Notes: generated by a model from the letters alone, not told the origin. Positions 48,961 to 57,956 are shown, counted from the first letter of the stretch. The stretch is DNA of 64,000 nt from an uncultured Desulfurococcales archaeon (GCA_964611985.1 CAZTBM010000006.1:470-64469); one strand, 5' to 3'. Program-made: numbers and translations.

Positions 48961-49403
48961 AAAGGATGTTTAAACTCCCAGACCGAATGGAGGAAATATG
49001 GCTCTCTATAGCTAAAGGAGAAAAAGAGGTAAATATTGCTAACAAGTTGAATATTACAAGACAGGCTGTAAGTAAGGCGGCTAGGGAGGCACGAGCAAAA
49101 ATTACCTCAATGTTTCTAGAGCTAGCTGAATCATTAAACCTAGATGTCATAAGGGTTAATGCAGAAAAAGGCTTCATGATAGCACGTAGCCGCCAACTAG
49201 GACTACGAGTTTACGCATTCTATATCCCGGGCAAGGGCATACGAATACTATTCGGTATAAAACCTTATTGCCAGGGAGAAAGTATGAGCCAAGTTTGTAA
49301 GTTAATAGTCACCATGGGAAGAGAACTTAACATGATACGGGAAGAAGTTAAAGGAAATGTAGAGGAGTTAGTAGATGAAATTATTAAGCGGATAGAAGAG
49401 TGA
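48957..49403 (+). CDS. HTH DNA-binding protein (Tfx/LuxR-sigma70 region 4-like)
   Basis: 148 aa. EIWLSIAKGEKEVNIANKLNITRQAVSKAAREARAKI. GTG start overlaps the preceding stop (GTGA). Confidence 0.5.
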   Translation: MKRMFKLPDRMEEIWLSIAKGEKEVNIANKLNITRQAVSKAAREARAKITSMFLELAESLNLDVIRVNAEKGFMIARSRQLGLRVYAFYIPGKGIRILFGIKPYCQGESMSQVCKLIVTMGRELNMIREEVKGNVEELVDEIIKRIEE

Positions 49404-49508
49404 TAACTGAAGTCATTTAGTACTTACTATTTTGTAATTTACCATTAATTATTTAATTATAAGAGAATTTATATTAAGTCGTGATAAGGGCTGGTATTTT
49501 TCAAGGTA

Positions 49509-51281
49509 GTGAGTAATATGAGTATGGAATTCGATCTCGTAATCCTTAACGGATTTATAGTTGATGGTTCCGGTAATCCTATGTATAAAGCATCAATAGG
49601 AGTAGTTAACGATAAAATAGCCTTTATAGGTAAGCTTGAAAACTTCAATGCTAAGGAGGTTATTGATGCTGAAGGGCTAGTAGTATCGCCGGGGTTTATT
49701 GATATACATTCTCACGGGGATGAAACATTATTTCTCTATCCAGACGCTCTAAACTATCTACATCAGGGAATAACAACAATAGTTGGCGGTAACTGTGGAT
49801 ACTCGCCAGCACCCTTAAGGGATTGGTGGCTTCTATCATTCTGGGAGCTCGATCTATGGGATAAGATTAAACCATATAAATATTATCCTGAACCAATAGT
49901 GATTCCGTTAAATGAATTTAGGAAGCATGTCAAAAAGAAGTACAACGTCGATATAAAGTGGCGGAATTTCTGTGAATACTTTAAATATCTTGAGAAGATT
50001 GGTATTGGTGTTAACTATGTACCATTAGTTGGACATAATACTATTAGAGCACAGGTCATGGGACCTGATTATAAACGTGCTGCAACAGATAAGGAGATAA
50101 AGGAAATGAAAACCCTACTTGAGGAAGCATTTGAGGATGGTGTTTGGGGGCTTTCTACAGGATTAGACTATGAACCCGGAGCTTACGCTGACAGAAGAGA
50201 ATTAGTTGAGCTAGTTAAGGTAGCAGCGAAGTATAGTGGAATATATACCACTCATTGGAGAAGAACCGGTATACGTAAGGAACGTAAGGAGTATACTATA
50301 CCTGAGAAGATTAGAGGCATTGAAGAGGCAATATCAATAGCTGAAGAAGCTAAAATTAAACTTGAAATATCACACTTACTATCTGGCTACACAATATACC
50401 CTATTCCACCAAGAGAGCTAGCTATAGCAGCAGCTAAGGCCACACTCAGGACTATTGATGAAGCCTGTAGGAGAGGAGTAGATGTAGCATTCGATGTAAT
50501 ACCCAACACTGATGGGGGCGTCTTCACACTAAAGTACCTTGCTGACTTATTAGCACCATGGATCCGAGAATTAGGCTCAAGAGAGGCACTAGGCAGAATG
50601 CTAAAAGTGGAAGATTTCCGGGAAGAGGTAAAGCAAATCATAAAATCCGGTAAATGGTGGCTTATTAACCCTAAAGTAGATCCTTATTGGGCTATGAAGA
50701 TAAAAATACTCAAACATAAGAATGGAGAATACAATAATAAAACAATTGATGAAGTAGCTAAAACGTTAAACAAAGACCCGTTAGACGTATTGTTTAACTT
50801 AATTATCGAAGATTATGATGCACAGGCAGCTTATACGTCATTAGAGTATGAAGAGGAGGTAGCCACATTCATAAAACACCCTCGGGCAATGGTGTGTACT
50901 GACACATTCTCATTAGATTTCAAATGGGAGTTAAAGACTATACCAAATTACTTACCTCATCCGAACACCTATGGGGCATTTCCAAGATATCTTAGAAAAT
51001 ACGTATTTGAATCAAAGATTCTAAGCTTAGAGGAGGCAATAAAGAAGATAACGTACATGCCAGCTTCAAGAATAGGCTTGGAGAAGAGAGGATTAATAAA
51101 GGAAGGATACTATGCTGATATAGTAATCTTTGATTCAAAAACAATACGTGATAAAGGAGACTATCTAGAGCCTAGAAGGAAACCTGAAGGAATAAAGTAT
51201 GTAATAGTTAATGGAAGAATAGTAATAGAGAATGGAGAGTATAAGGGACTAAGAGTAGGAAGAATAATCAAAAAGAGGTGA
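49509..51281 (+). CDS. D-aminoacylase / N-acyl-D-amino-acid deacylase family amidohydrolase
   Basis: 590 aa. PGFIDIHSHGD, GITTIVGGNCG, and the C-terminal ADIVIFD pattern. Confidence 0.7.
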   Translation: MSNMSMEFDLVILNGFIVDGSGNPMYKASIGVVNDKIAFIGKLENFNAKEVIDAEGLVVSPGFIDIHSHGDETLFLYPDALNYLHQGITTIVGGNCGYSPAPLRDWWLLSFWELDLWDKIKPYKYYPEPIVIPLNEFRKHVKKKYNVDIKWRNFCEYFKYLEKIGIGVNYVPLVGHNTIRAQVMGPDYKRAATDKEIKEMKTLLEEAFEDGVWGLSTGLDYEPGAYADRRELVELVKVAAKYSGIYTTHWRRTGIRKERKEYTIPEKIRGIEEAISIAEEAKIKLEISHLLSGYTIYPIPPRELAIAAAKATLRTIDEACRRGVDVAFDVIPNTDGGVFTLKYLADLLAPWIRELGSREALGRMLKVEDFREEVKQIIKSGKWWLINPKVDPYWAMKIKILKHKNGEYNNKTIDEVAKTLNKDPLDVLFNLIIEDYDAQAAYTSLEYEEEVATFIKHPRAMVCTDTFSLDFKWELKTIPNYLPHPNTYGAFPRYLRKYVFESKILSLEEAIKKITYMPASRIGLEKRGLIKEGYYADIVIFDSKTIRDKGDYLEPRRKPEGIKYVIVNGRIVIENGEYKGLRVGRIIKKR

Positions 51282-51348
51282 AGCTAAAGGTCTTTTCCGC
51301 TAGAACCCATATTATTTAATGCTAAAGAAGTTGGTAACTAACTCATGT

Positions 51349-51389
51349 ATGTAAAGGTTTATTTACAAGTTGTAAAGCATTCTTTACAT
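51349..51389. promoter_or_regulatory. Operator-like repeat cluster overlapping the promoter of the membrane-protein/XRE operon
   Basis: TGTAAAG at 51350-51356 and 51371-51377 (21-bp spacing). Inverted CTTTACA at 51382-51388. Palindrome TTTACAAGTTGTAAA at 51362-51376. The ATG is at 51398. Confidence 0.45.
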
Positions 51390-51397
51390 GTGAGAGC

Positions 51398-51826
51398 ATG
51401 AGATATCGTGAAAGATTCATAGTAGAGGTAATAGTAATAAGCCTGGTATCAGCTCTCCCGTATTCCCTCATACTCTACATTGTCAAAGAAGCTGTAATGG
51501 TGGATACACTAATTCACTCCATGATATTCTCATCAGTCTTTGTTCTCGTTTTCACGGCATTATTTAAGGGATTAAAACTTGAAAGGAAGGAGTTAGCTGA
51601 TGAGAGGACAAGATTTATAGATTATGTTTCAGCTTATAAAGCTATGACCATATGGCTATATACCTCTTTCACAATAGTGCTTATATTATCCTTAATGATA
51701 GGATTAAACATAATTAAGTTGGGTATGGAATTCTTAGGCTTCCTAAAAGGATTATGGATTTCAGCAATATCTTTATCAGTAGTAGAATTATTTACATGGA
51801 TAAAAACATATAGGGGGTACACTTAA
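51398..51826 (+). CDS. Small four-TM membrane protein
   Basis: 142 aa. Paralogous topology to the next ORF, with the shared motif (D)ERxRFIxxxS. Confidence 0.55.
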   Translation: MRYRERFIVEVIVISLVSALPYSLILYIVKEAVMVDTLIHSMIFSSVFVLVFTALFKGLKLERKELADERTRFIDYVSAYKAMTIWLYTSFTIVLILSLMIGLNIIKLGMEFLGFLKGLWISAISLSVVELFTWIKTYRGYT

Positions 51827-51830
51827 AGAG

Positions 51831-52229
51831 GTGATGTTGATGAAACCTAAACTTCTATACTGTGTTATAGCTGTTTTAGTGGGTTTCATTTTTGGATTAA
51901 TGATAGTAATAAAGGCGTATTTACTATCAATTTTAATGTTAATCTTGGGAATTTTAATAATTAAATTTGTTGAGAAAAGATTTATTGAAAAAGGATTGAT
52001 AATTAGTGATGAGCGGGATAGATTTATAGAATTTCAATCAACTAGAGCGTCATTCTGGCTATCGCTTGTAATCTTACTCTTCTTACCAGTAATACTGAAA
52101 GGATTAGAAGAAGCAGGTCTAAATATATCGGTTCTAAAAAGTGAGATTATGAATCCTCATTTTGCACCGGCACTCATGCTTTCTATATTCGTTGTAATAC
52201 ACTTATACTATAGATTTAAATACTCTTGA
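51831..52229 (+). CDS. Small four-TM membrane protein (DUF2178-like)
   Basis: 132 aa. SDERDRFIEFQSTRASFW between TM2 and TM3. Confidence 0.55.
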   Translation: MMLMKPKLLYCVIAVLVGFIFGLMIVIKAYLLSILMLILGILIIKFVEKRFIEKGLIISDERDRFIEFQSTRASFWLSLVILLFLPVILKGLEEAGLNISVLKSEIMNPHFAPALMLSIFVVIHLYYRFKYS

Positions 52230-52257
52230 ATAGATAAAAACTGAGGTCTACATATTC

Positions 52258-52485
52258 ATGACTAACACTAGAGTCATTGTTAGACTTAGAGAGATAAGAG
52301 CAAGATATAATGTTAGTCAAGAGGAGCTTGCAAAAGCAGTAGGTGTAACTAGACAAACAATAATAGCAATTGAGAAAGGTAAGTACCTTCCTTCGTTAAC
52401 TCTGGCATTAAAGATAGCTAGATATTTTAATTTAAGAGTAGAAGATATATTTCAACTCAATGATAGTCCTGAACATGAACAGTAA
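52258..52485 (+). CDS. XRE-family HTH transcriptional regulator (YozG-like)
   Basis: 75 aa. [48 protein letters not shown]. Confidence 0.85.
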   Translation: MTNTRVIVRLREIRARYNVSQEELAKAVGVTRQTIIAIEKGKYLPSLTLALKIARYFNLRVEDIFQLNDSPEHEQ

Positions 52486-52568
52486 GCTGAACACTCAAAT
52501 CGCCATCGATTATTCTCTTAAGTAAATCTTGTAACTCCTTTAAAGATAACATTTTAGAACAAGATACA

Positions 52569-53695
52569 TTAATTACTAGTCCATAAAGCTCTATGCTTCT
52601 TTACAATATCGTCTACTTTAATTCTCTTCAATCCTTCATGATCAGCTATTTTCATTAAGTAACTTTTAGCCTTATGGAACATTCTGGCGACTTTGGGTAC
52701 ATATCTCCATAAATTGTATTTTAGGAGAGAGTTAAAATCAACGTATCCTTTATACCATTTTCTCCATTCAAGTCTAAGTATATCATCTATTAGGCCGGGA
52801 TTCTCGACTTCTTCAAGGTTTAGTTTAAATTCGAAACATGCTTTATATGGACAGAATATGCAAGATACTCTTGTAGCTCCAACTAAGTAGTCTGAATGTA
52901 TAATGCCAGCATCTCTTGCTATAGTGGATACATCGAGAATAGTTAACGGGGCCGTGAGATATACTTCTCGTCTCCTAATAAGATTTCTTTTAAGTATTAA
53001 GGGTGTTAACTTTTTTAATCTTTTAATTGTTTCCCATAAACGATCGCCGATGATTATGAAGTTTATGTTATGCTGTCTCTTATATTCTCTCATGGGTCTT
53101 GTTTTAAGTATGTACACCATTTGAACCGACTATATGGTAGACCATACTATACAAGTATTTCTTCATAACTCGTCTTGGAGGGTTGATTATATCGATTTCT
53201 ACGTTTAAGTTAAGTCTTTTACTTACGTGTTCCACAAACTTAATGTTCTTAGGGGATTCTAAAAATGGCATATAAACATATACTACTTTAAGCTTGAAGT
53301 TTAACTCCTCAACTAGTTTGCAAGCTACTAAGAGAGCTACAGTACTGTCCTTACCGCCACTATAAGCTAATAGTACTCTCTTATTCCTAAGCTTTTCAAG
53401 ACCCCATCTCTTAACTAAGTTGACATAAGACTCTATGCTATCTGCAAGTCTACTATCTAATGGGACTCCCTATTTAAACCATTTATTTAAATCCAAAGTA
53501 ACATCTCCTAATAGTATACTACGTTTATTAATGTTTGTTAAAGTTGTAATATCGAATGCTTCATTACTAGTCCACATAAAGACCCTTCTGTAAATCACCA
53601 TGCCTATTAAATATTATTGTAAACTCTGTAGCAGATCCAATAAAACCTTCTATCCTTCCATTACTTACATTAAGTAATGGTATTGGTTCAACCAT
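52569..53695 (-). pseudogene. PAPS-reductase/PP-loop ATPase family gene, decayed
   Basis: The PP-loop LLAYSGGKDSTVAL lies in a segment with no start codon. That segment is preceded by an in-frame TAG (53470-53472) and an upstream frameshift near 53567-53585. A further frameshift near 53104-53120 leads into the 183-aa C-terminal ORF (IIIGDRLWE..., CIFCPYK). Confidence 0.65.
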
Positions 53696-53806
53696 GGTCT
53701 CCTACAATAATATCGTGTATAATAAAATAATTAAAATATTGTATAAAGTGATGGAATTGGAAAATAAGGGTAGCAGTCCAAGAGTTTACTGTTTAAAATT
53801 ACTCAT

Positions 53807-54172
53807 TTATTCAACAAATACTCTGTCTCCAAGAGGGTCAAAGGGAGGCATCGATACAAATATGAAGACTAAGTCTTCATCTCCAATAGCTTCTATTCCA
53901 TGGACCGTCTCTTTAGGTATTGTTATGATGTCGCCGGATGTAACCTCAATAAACTCTTCACCTAATCTTAATTTACCTTTACCTCTCAATATGATGTAGA
54001 TTTCATCTCTTTCTTTGTGATAGTGCGCTCTTAATTTCTTTCCAACTTTTATGAGGGCTAAATGAATGCTACCTCTCTCAGTTCTCATTATATCAGCTAT
54101 TCCAATACCTGTAGCTTCATCAACTTTTATCATAGACAGTGCATTCTTCAATGGAATATACATAGTAATCAC
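53807..54172 (-). CDS. Cupin-domain protein
   Basis: 121 aa. HYHKERDEIYIILRGKG...GDIITIPKETVHGIEA. Confidence 0.8.
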   Translation of the reverse strand: MITMYIPLKNALSMIKVDEATGIGIADIMRTERGSIHLALIKVGKKLRAHYHKERDEIYIILRGKGKLRLGEEFIEVTSGDIITIPKETVHGIEAIGDEDLVFIFVSMPPFDPLGDRVFVE

Positions 54173-54285
54173 ACCTACCCTAAGTTTAGAGATTCGAGTG
54201 GTTTAATCTTTCGCCCTAGATTTACCTAAGAACTTCCTATGGTGTGAAAGAGGAAAAGCACGTAAATACCTCTTCTAAGCTCAAC

Positions 54286-54300
54286 AGTACCTATGGTACT
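54286..54300. promoter_or_regulatory. Palindrome abutting the TATA-like box upstream of dut
   Basis: AGTACC-TAT-GGTACT at 54286-54300, followed directly by TTAAAAG. The ATG is at 54334. Confidence 0.3.
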
Positions 54301-54333
54301 TAAAAGCTAAAGAAGTCATAGAGGGTTTTTCTT

Positions 54334-54834
54334 ATGACTGTATTAAGACCTGAAGATATCATCTCTATTTTAGGTGTAAAGGAAAAAGACATTGACTGCT
54401 CTGGACTTAAAATGACTGTAGGAGAAGTCTATAGGTTTACTAGTAGGGGAAGAATACTCATTAACTCTAAAGAACTCCCTGAATACAAGGAGGTTAAGCC
54501 AGCACCAATAAACAATAGATACTACTTAGAGCTTGGTGTCTACTTAGTGCGTTATAGAGAGTATGTGAAAATACCAGAAGACTGTATAGGTCTCGTCCTT
54601 CCACGATCATCATTACTAAGAATGGGAGCTACATTACACACTGCTATCTGGGATCCTGGATATGAAGGAAGGGGCATTGGCTTACTTGTAGTCTACAACA
54701 TACATGGTATTGAGCTTGAACGGGGGGCACAAATAGGTCAAATGATATTAGTAAAAATGACAGGCTCTACACGCTTCCTATATAGAGGCATATACTATAA
54801 GGAGGGAAGAATAAGCAATCAAAGCCATTACTAA
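54334..54834 (+). CDS. dut: dUTPase / dCTP deaminase-family protein
   Basis: 166 aa. LPRSSLLRMGATLHTAIWDPGYEGRG...LERGAQIGQMIL. Confidence 0.65.
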   Translation: MTVLRPEDIISILGVKEKDIDCSGLKMTVGEVYRFTSRGRILINSKELPEYKEVKPAPINNRYYLELGVYLVRYREYVKIPEDCIGLVLPRSSLLRMGATLHTAIWDPGYEGRGIGLLVVYNIHGIELERGAQIGQMILVKMTGSTRFLYRGIYYKEGRISNQSHY

Positions 54835-55136
54835 TAGCTCATCTACGAAAACTGATTAATGCAGGAGTACTTGAATATCGTGTTGGACTGGATGAAGAAA
54901 AATGATAATACGTAAATACTATAGAACACCAAATACGTATATGTATTGATAGAAGAATCTTAGAGGAGATAGAGAAAAGTACGACAAAAACTAAACGATA
55001 ATAAAAGTAAAAAGTAGAGAGAATTATAAGGCATGAACTGTTGTCGTGAGATTTTATGACCACTTGATCTCTACTTCAAGATAAATTCCTATAGAGCAAA
55101 TAATATAAGCGCAACTGTGATAAAATAGTGAAATGA

Positions 55137-55234
55137 GGGCCCGTGGCCTAGCCTGGATAGGGCGCCGGCCTGCGGAACATAGTTTTAGTGTAGAAAGCCG
55201 GAGGTCCGGGGTTCAAATCCCCGCGGGCCCGCCA
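55137..55234 (+). tRNA. tRNA-Arg (anticodon GCG) with a 20-nt canonical-position intron and genomically encoded CCA
   Basis: Acceptor GGGCCCG/CGGGCCC, D arm GCCU/GGGC, anticodon stem CCGGC/GCCGG, loop CUGCGGA (GCG at 55172-55174), T arm CGGGG-UUCAAAU-CCCCG, discriminator G plus CCA. The intron is about 55176-55195. CUGC pairs with GUAG and is flanked by the 3-nt bulges GGA and AAA, giving a bulge-helix-bulge. Confidence 0.93.
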
Positions 55235-55373
55235 AAACTAGTTTGTTCTAAACCTCTTTAAAGGGGATTTTTATAATGTCATTTTACGGAAAGGTTTGCT
55301 TTAAACGCTTTAGATAAAAATTTATTGAGAACATAAGAGAGCCTCTAAAGGAACACCAGAAATATAGGGAAAC

Positions 55374-56615
55374 TTAGTTATCGAGTTCTATAATTTCAAT
55401 GAATATCTCTAAGTATCTCATTAAATGTCTTGTTACGATGAAGTTTTCAAGAACATGTTTATACCCATTCTCGCCAAGTCTCATTCTCTCTTTAGGATTC
55501 TTAATCAAGTATATTGTCTTCTCAGCAGCCTCCTGTACACTGTTAACTAAGTATCCTGTTACACCATCAATAACTTGCGCTTTTATTCCACCACTTGGAC
55601 GTGCAACTACAGGTTTCTTTTTCCATAAAGCTTCAGTAACAGCTAAGCCGAAGCCTTCACGTATTGACATTTGGAGAACAACTGTTGCTGCCCTCTGGAA
55701 TGCGTTAACTTCTAGAGGGCCTACACCAATTAGGTTTGTAAGGAAATGGATATCTCTATCCTGTCCAGCATATCTAATTGCTTTCTCAAAGTAAACCCAA
55801 CCCTCAGGATCATCATGGGCCATATTGGCTATTAATAATAGCTGTACATTAGGTATTTTCTCCTTAACAAGTCTGTATGTATCAATTGCTCCTATCGGGT
55901 CCTTCCACGGATCAAATCTAGCCACTTGAATGATTATAGGTCTGTCTGGATCTACATCATACCTATTAAGTACTTTAAGAATTGTTGATTCAGGTAAGTC
56001 TATATTCTTTTCACTGAGAGGATCAATTGAAGGAGGCATAACATACTTTCTAGTTGTGGGTATTTCGGGATGAATATACTCCTTCATATGAAATATTGAT
56101 GCATTATATCCTGTTAGAAATTTCGATATGAAATTCCAGACTTCCCTATTGGGTGTACTCAGGTCTATATGGCATCTCCAAATCCATTTACGATGATTAT
56201 TAAGAAAGCTTCTTAGAGGGAGAGGTTGTGGATCATGTACTACAATGATATCTGAGTCAAGGTTTAATTTATTTACAGCATTGTCGTAGTTTACCTTTAA
56301 ATATAACTCTTTTTCCCATTGTGAAAGAATCAGCCGTGCACCTTGAAGTGCATTATGAATCTTTTTTGTTACATTGAAAAAATCTTGGGGGGCCTCCATA
56401 ACCTCCCATGCCGTCTTTAATCCGATGGAGTTCATTAATGGAACTAGTGAATACAGTAATTCTGCTACTCCACCACCAAATGCTGTTGAGTTAACATGTG
56501 TGATACTATAGCTCTTGATTTTCTTAGCTAATTTGATTATTGTATCTACTTGTCTTTCTCCTATAACCCGACTATAATCGTGTATGTCTTTTCTAGGCAA
56601 ACTAGGTACTTTCAT
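55374..56615 (-). CDS. treT: Trehalose glycosyltransferring synthase
   Basis: 413 aa. Near-colinear similarity to Thermococcus TreT as I remember it: HVNSTAFGGGVAE, FFNVTKKIHNALQG, WRCHIDLSTPNREVW, PPSIDPLSEKN, MAHDDPEGWVYFEK, LQMSIREGFGL. Confidence 0.88.
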   Translation of the reverse strand: MKVPSLPRKDIHDYSRVIGERQVDTIIKLAKKIKSYSITHVNSTAFGGGVAELLYSLVPLMNSIGLKTAWEVMEAPQDFFNVTKKIHNALQGARLILSQWEKELYLKVNYDNAVNKLNLDSDIIVVHDPQPLPLRSFLNNHRKWIWRCHIDLSTPNREVWNFISKFLTGYNASIFHMKEYIHPEIPTTRKYVMPPSIDPLSEKNIDLPESTILKVLNRYDVDPDRPIIIQVARFDPWKDPIGAIDTYRLVKEKIPNVQLLLIANMAHDDPEGWVYFEKAIRYAGQDRDIHFLTNLIGVGPLEVNAFQRAATVVLQMSIREGFGLAVTEALWKKKPVVARPSGGIKAQVIDGVTGYLVNSVQEAAEKTIYLIKNPKERMRLGENGYKHVLENFIVTRHLMRYLEIFIEIIELDN

Positions 56616-56745
56616 GACAATACTTACCCCAAAGTGACTTTACAATAGATTAATACGTGAGTGTACTAAACCTACTATTGAGTAAGAGATTTATCTATCT
56701 TTCTGCTAATTTACTACTCACAGGTGTATAATTGGTGGTGACACT

Positions 56746-57786
56746 TTGGATAAACTGGATAAAGAGGTTCTAGAGTTCTTAGAGTTTATAGGTATTAAAG
56801 GTTATGAAGGAAGAGCTTACATAGCTCTTCTCTCACTTGGGGAAGCAACTGCACCACAATTGTCATCAAAAGCTAGAATACCTCTCACGAGAATATATGA
56901 CGTACTAGACTCATTAGCTAGTAAAGGTCTTGTAGAGGTTAAAGCCGGAAGGCCTAGAGTCTACAAAGCTATCCCACCACGTATAGCTCTAAATTATTAT
57001 GTTAGAAAATACATAGATAACATATTGAGCTTGAATAGGAGGGTCATTGATGAATTAAATAGATTATATGGATCGTCAAAATCTGAGGAACCATTTATCT
57101 GGCTCTCAAGTAGTCAGGAGATGAGCATAGAGAGAACTAAGGATTTACTAGAGAATATGAAAGTAGATGGTTTTATGTCTATTTCAGAAGTTTTACTTGA
57201 GAAATTAACAAACACTCTCTATAAAAAGCTCTTGAGTGACCCTTCAGTAGTTTTCACTATAACTCTTACCTTTAGCCCTCTCGGATCAAAAGCTCTAGAG
57301 CAACTACTTGGTCTCGACAATATCGATATAAGAGTTCATCCAACAGGTATTATTAATGCTATTGAAGTAGATTTATCTAATGCAGTAATTTTCGGTAAAA
57401 CATATACCTTATTTACCAATGAATGGGAGTTAATATTATTGCTTAATGAATCTTACTATCATGGTTATTGGAAGAATGCTAAGAGAATAAAGGAATTTAA
57501 TATTAAACCTAACAGACGATATAAAACTTCACACCATTGGTTATCAATAGTACTGATAAATGATGGATTAAAACATGGATATAATGCTTGGGTTAAGGTT
57601 AAAGGTTTTAGAGTTAGAGACAAGGAGCCTATTAATATTGAAGGTTATGTAAAAGAGGTAAGAACAGACGATGTAATTCGAAACCTCATAGTTGAGACAG
57701 AAGAAGGTAAAAAAGTGGTCATAGGGGGGCTAGGGGCTTCAATAGAGGATATTGAAGCAAAATATATTGAAGTTGTATTCTCTTGA
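56746..57786 (+). CDS. trmB: TrmB-family sugar-responsive transcriptional regulator
   Basis: 346 aa. N-terminal wHTH GIKGYEGRAYIALLSLGEATAPQLSSKARIPLTRIYDVLDSLASKGLVE. TTG start. Confidence 0.85.
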   Translation: MDKLDKEVLEFLEFIGIKGYEGRAYIALLSLGEATAPQLSSKARIPLTRIYDVLDSLASKGLVEVKAGRPRVYKAIPPRIALNYYVRKYIDNILSLNRRVIDELNRLYGSSKSEEPFIWLSSSQEMSIERTKDLLENMKVDGFMSISEVLLEKLTNTLYKKLLSDPSVVFTITLTFSPLGSKALEQLLGLDNIDIRVHPTGIINAIEVDLSNAVIFGKTYTLFTNEWELILLLNESYYHGYWKNAKRIKEFNIKPNRRYKTSHHWLSIVLINDGLKHGYNAWVKVKGFRVRDKEPINIEGYVKEVRTDDVIRNLIVETEEGKKVVIGGLGASIEDIEAKYIEVVFS

Positions 57787-57940
57787 GACACTATTTTACT
57801 CCTTTTAAATGTGACAATTTATTTCATAAAATACATTTAATGTATCTTGACTGCACAAGAGATTTAGCTTAGTTTAAACTTTACATGTACTCTATACTTG
57901 ATGTACATAAGATAGACTTATAAAGAATGCAGAGTAATTT

Positions 57941-57956
57941 CTCACTAAATAGTGAG
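57941..57956. promoter_or_regulatory. Palindromic candidate TrmB operator upstream of the sugar-binding protein gene
   Basis: CTCACTA-AA-TAGTGAG (7-bp arms). It lies about 15 nt downstream of TATA-like CTTATAAAG (57918-57926) and about 20 nt upstream of ATG 57976. Confidence 0.45.

Noticed and set aside
53694-53999. A 101-aa plus-strand ORF overlapping the cupin gene.
   Set aside because: The cupin frame on the minus strand has the canonical HxH...G...H motifs. The plus-strand ORF is a shadow.
54839-55063. A 74-aa ORF in the AT-rich gap between dut and tRNA-Arg.
   Set aside because: It has a highly biased Ser/Phe/Ile/Tyr composition and no start context. The region looks non-coding, as a tRNA promoter or degraded DNA.
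55012-55076. A 9-bp inverted repeat (AAGTAGAGA ... TCTCTACTT) with a 47-nt loop upstream of tRNA-Arg.
   Set aside because: The arms are short and AT-rich and the loop is long. There are no box motifs or flanking direct repeats. It is compatible with chance.
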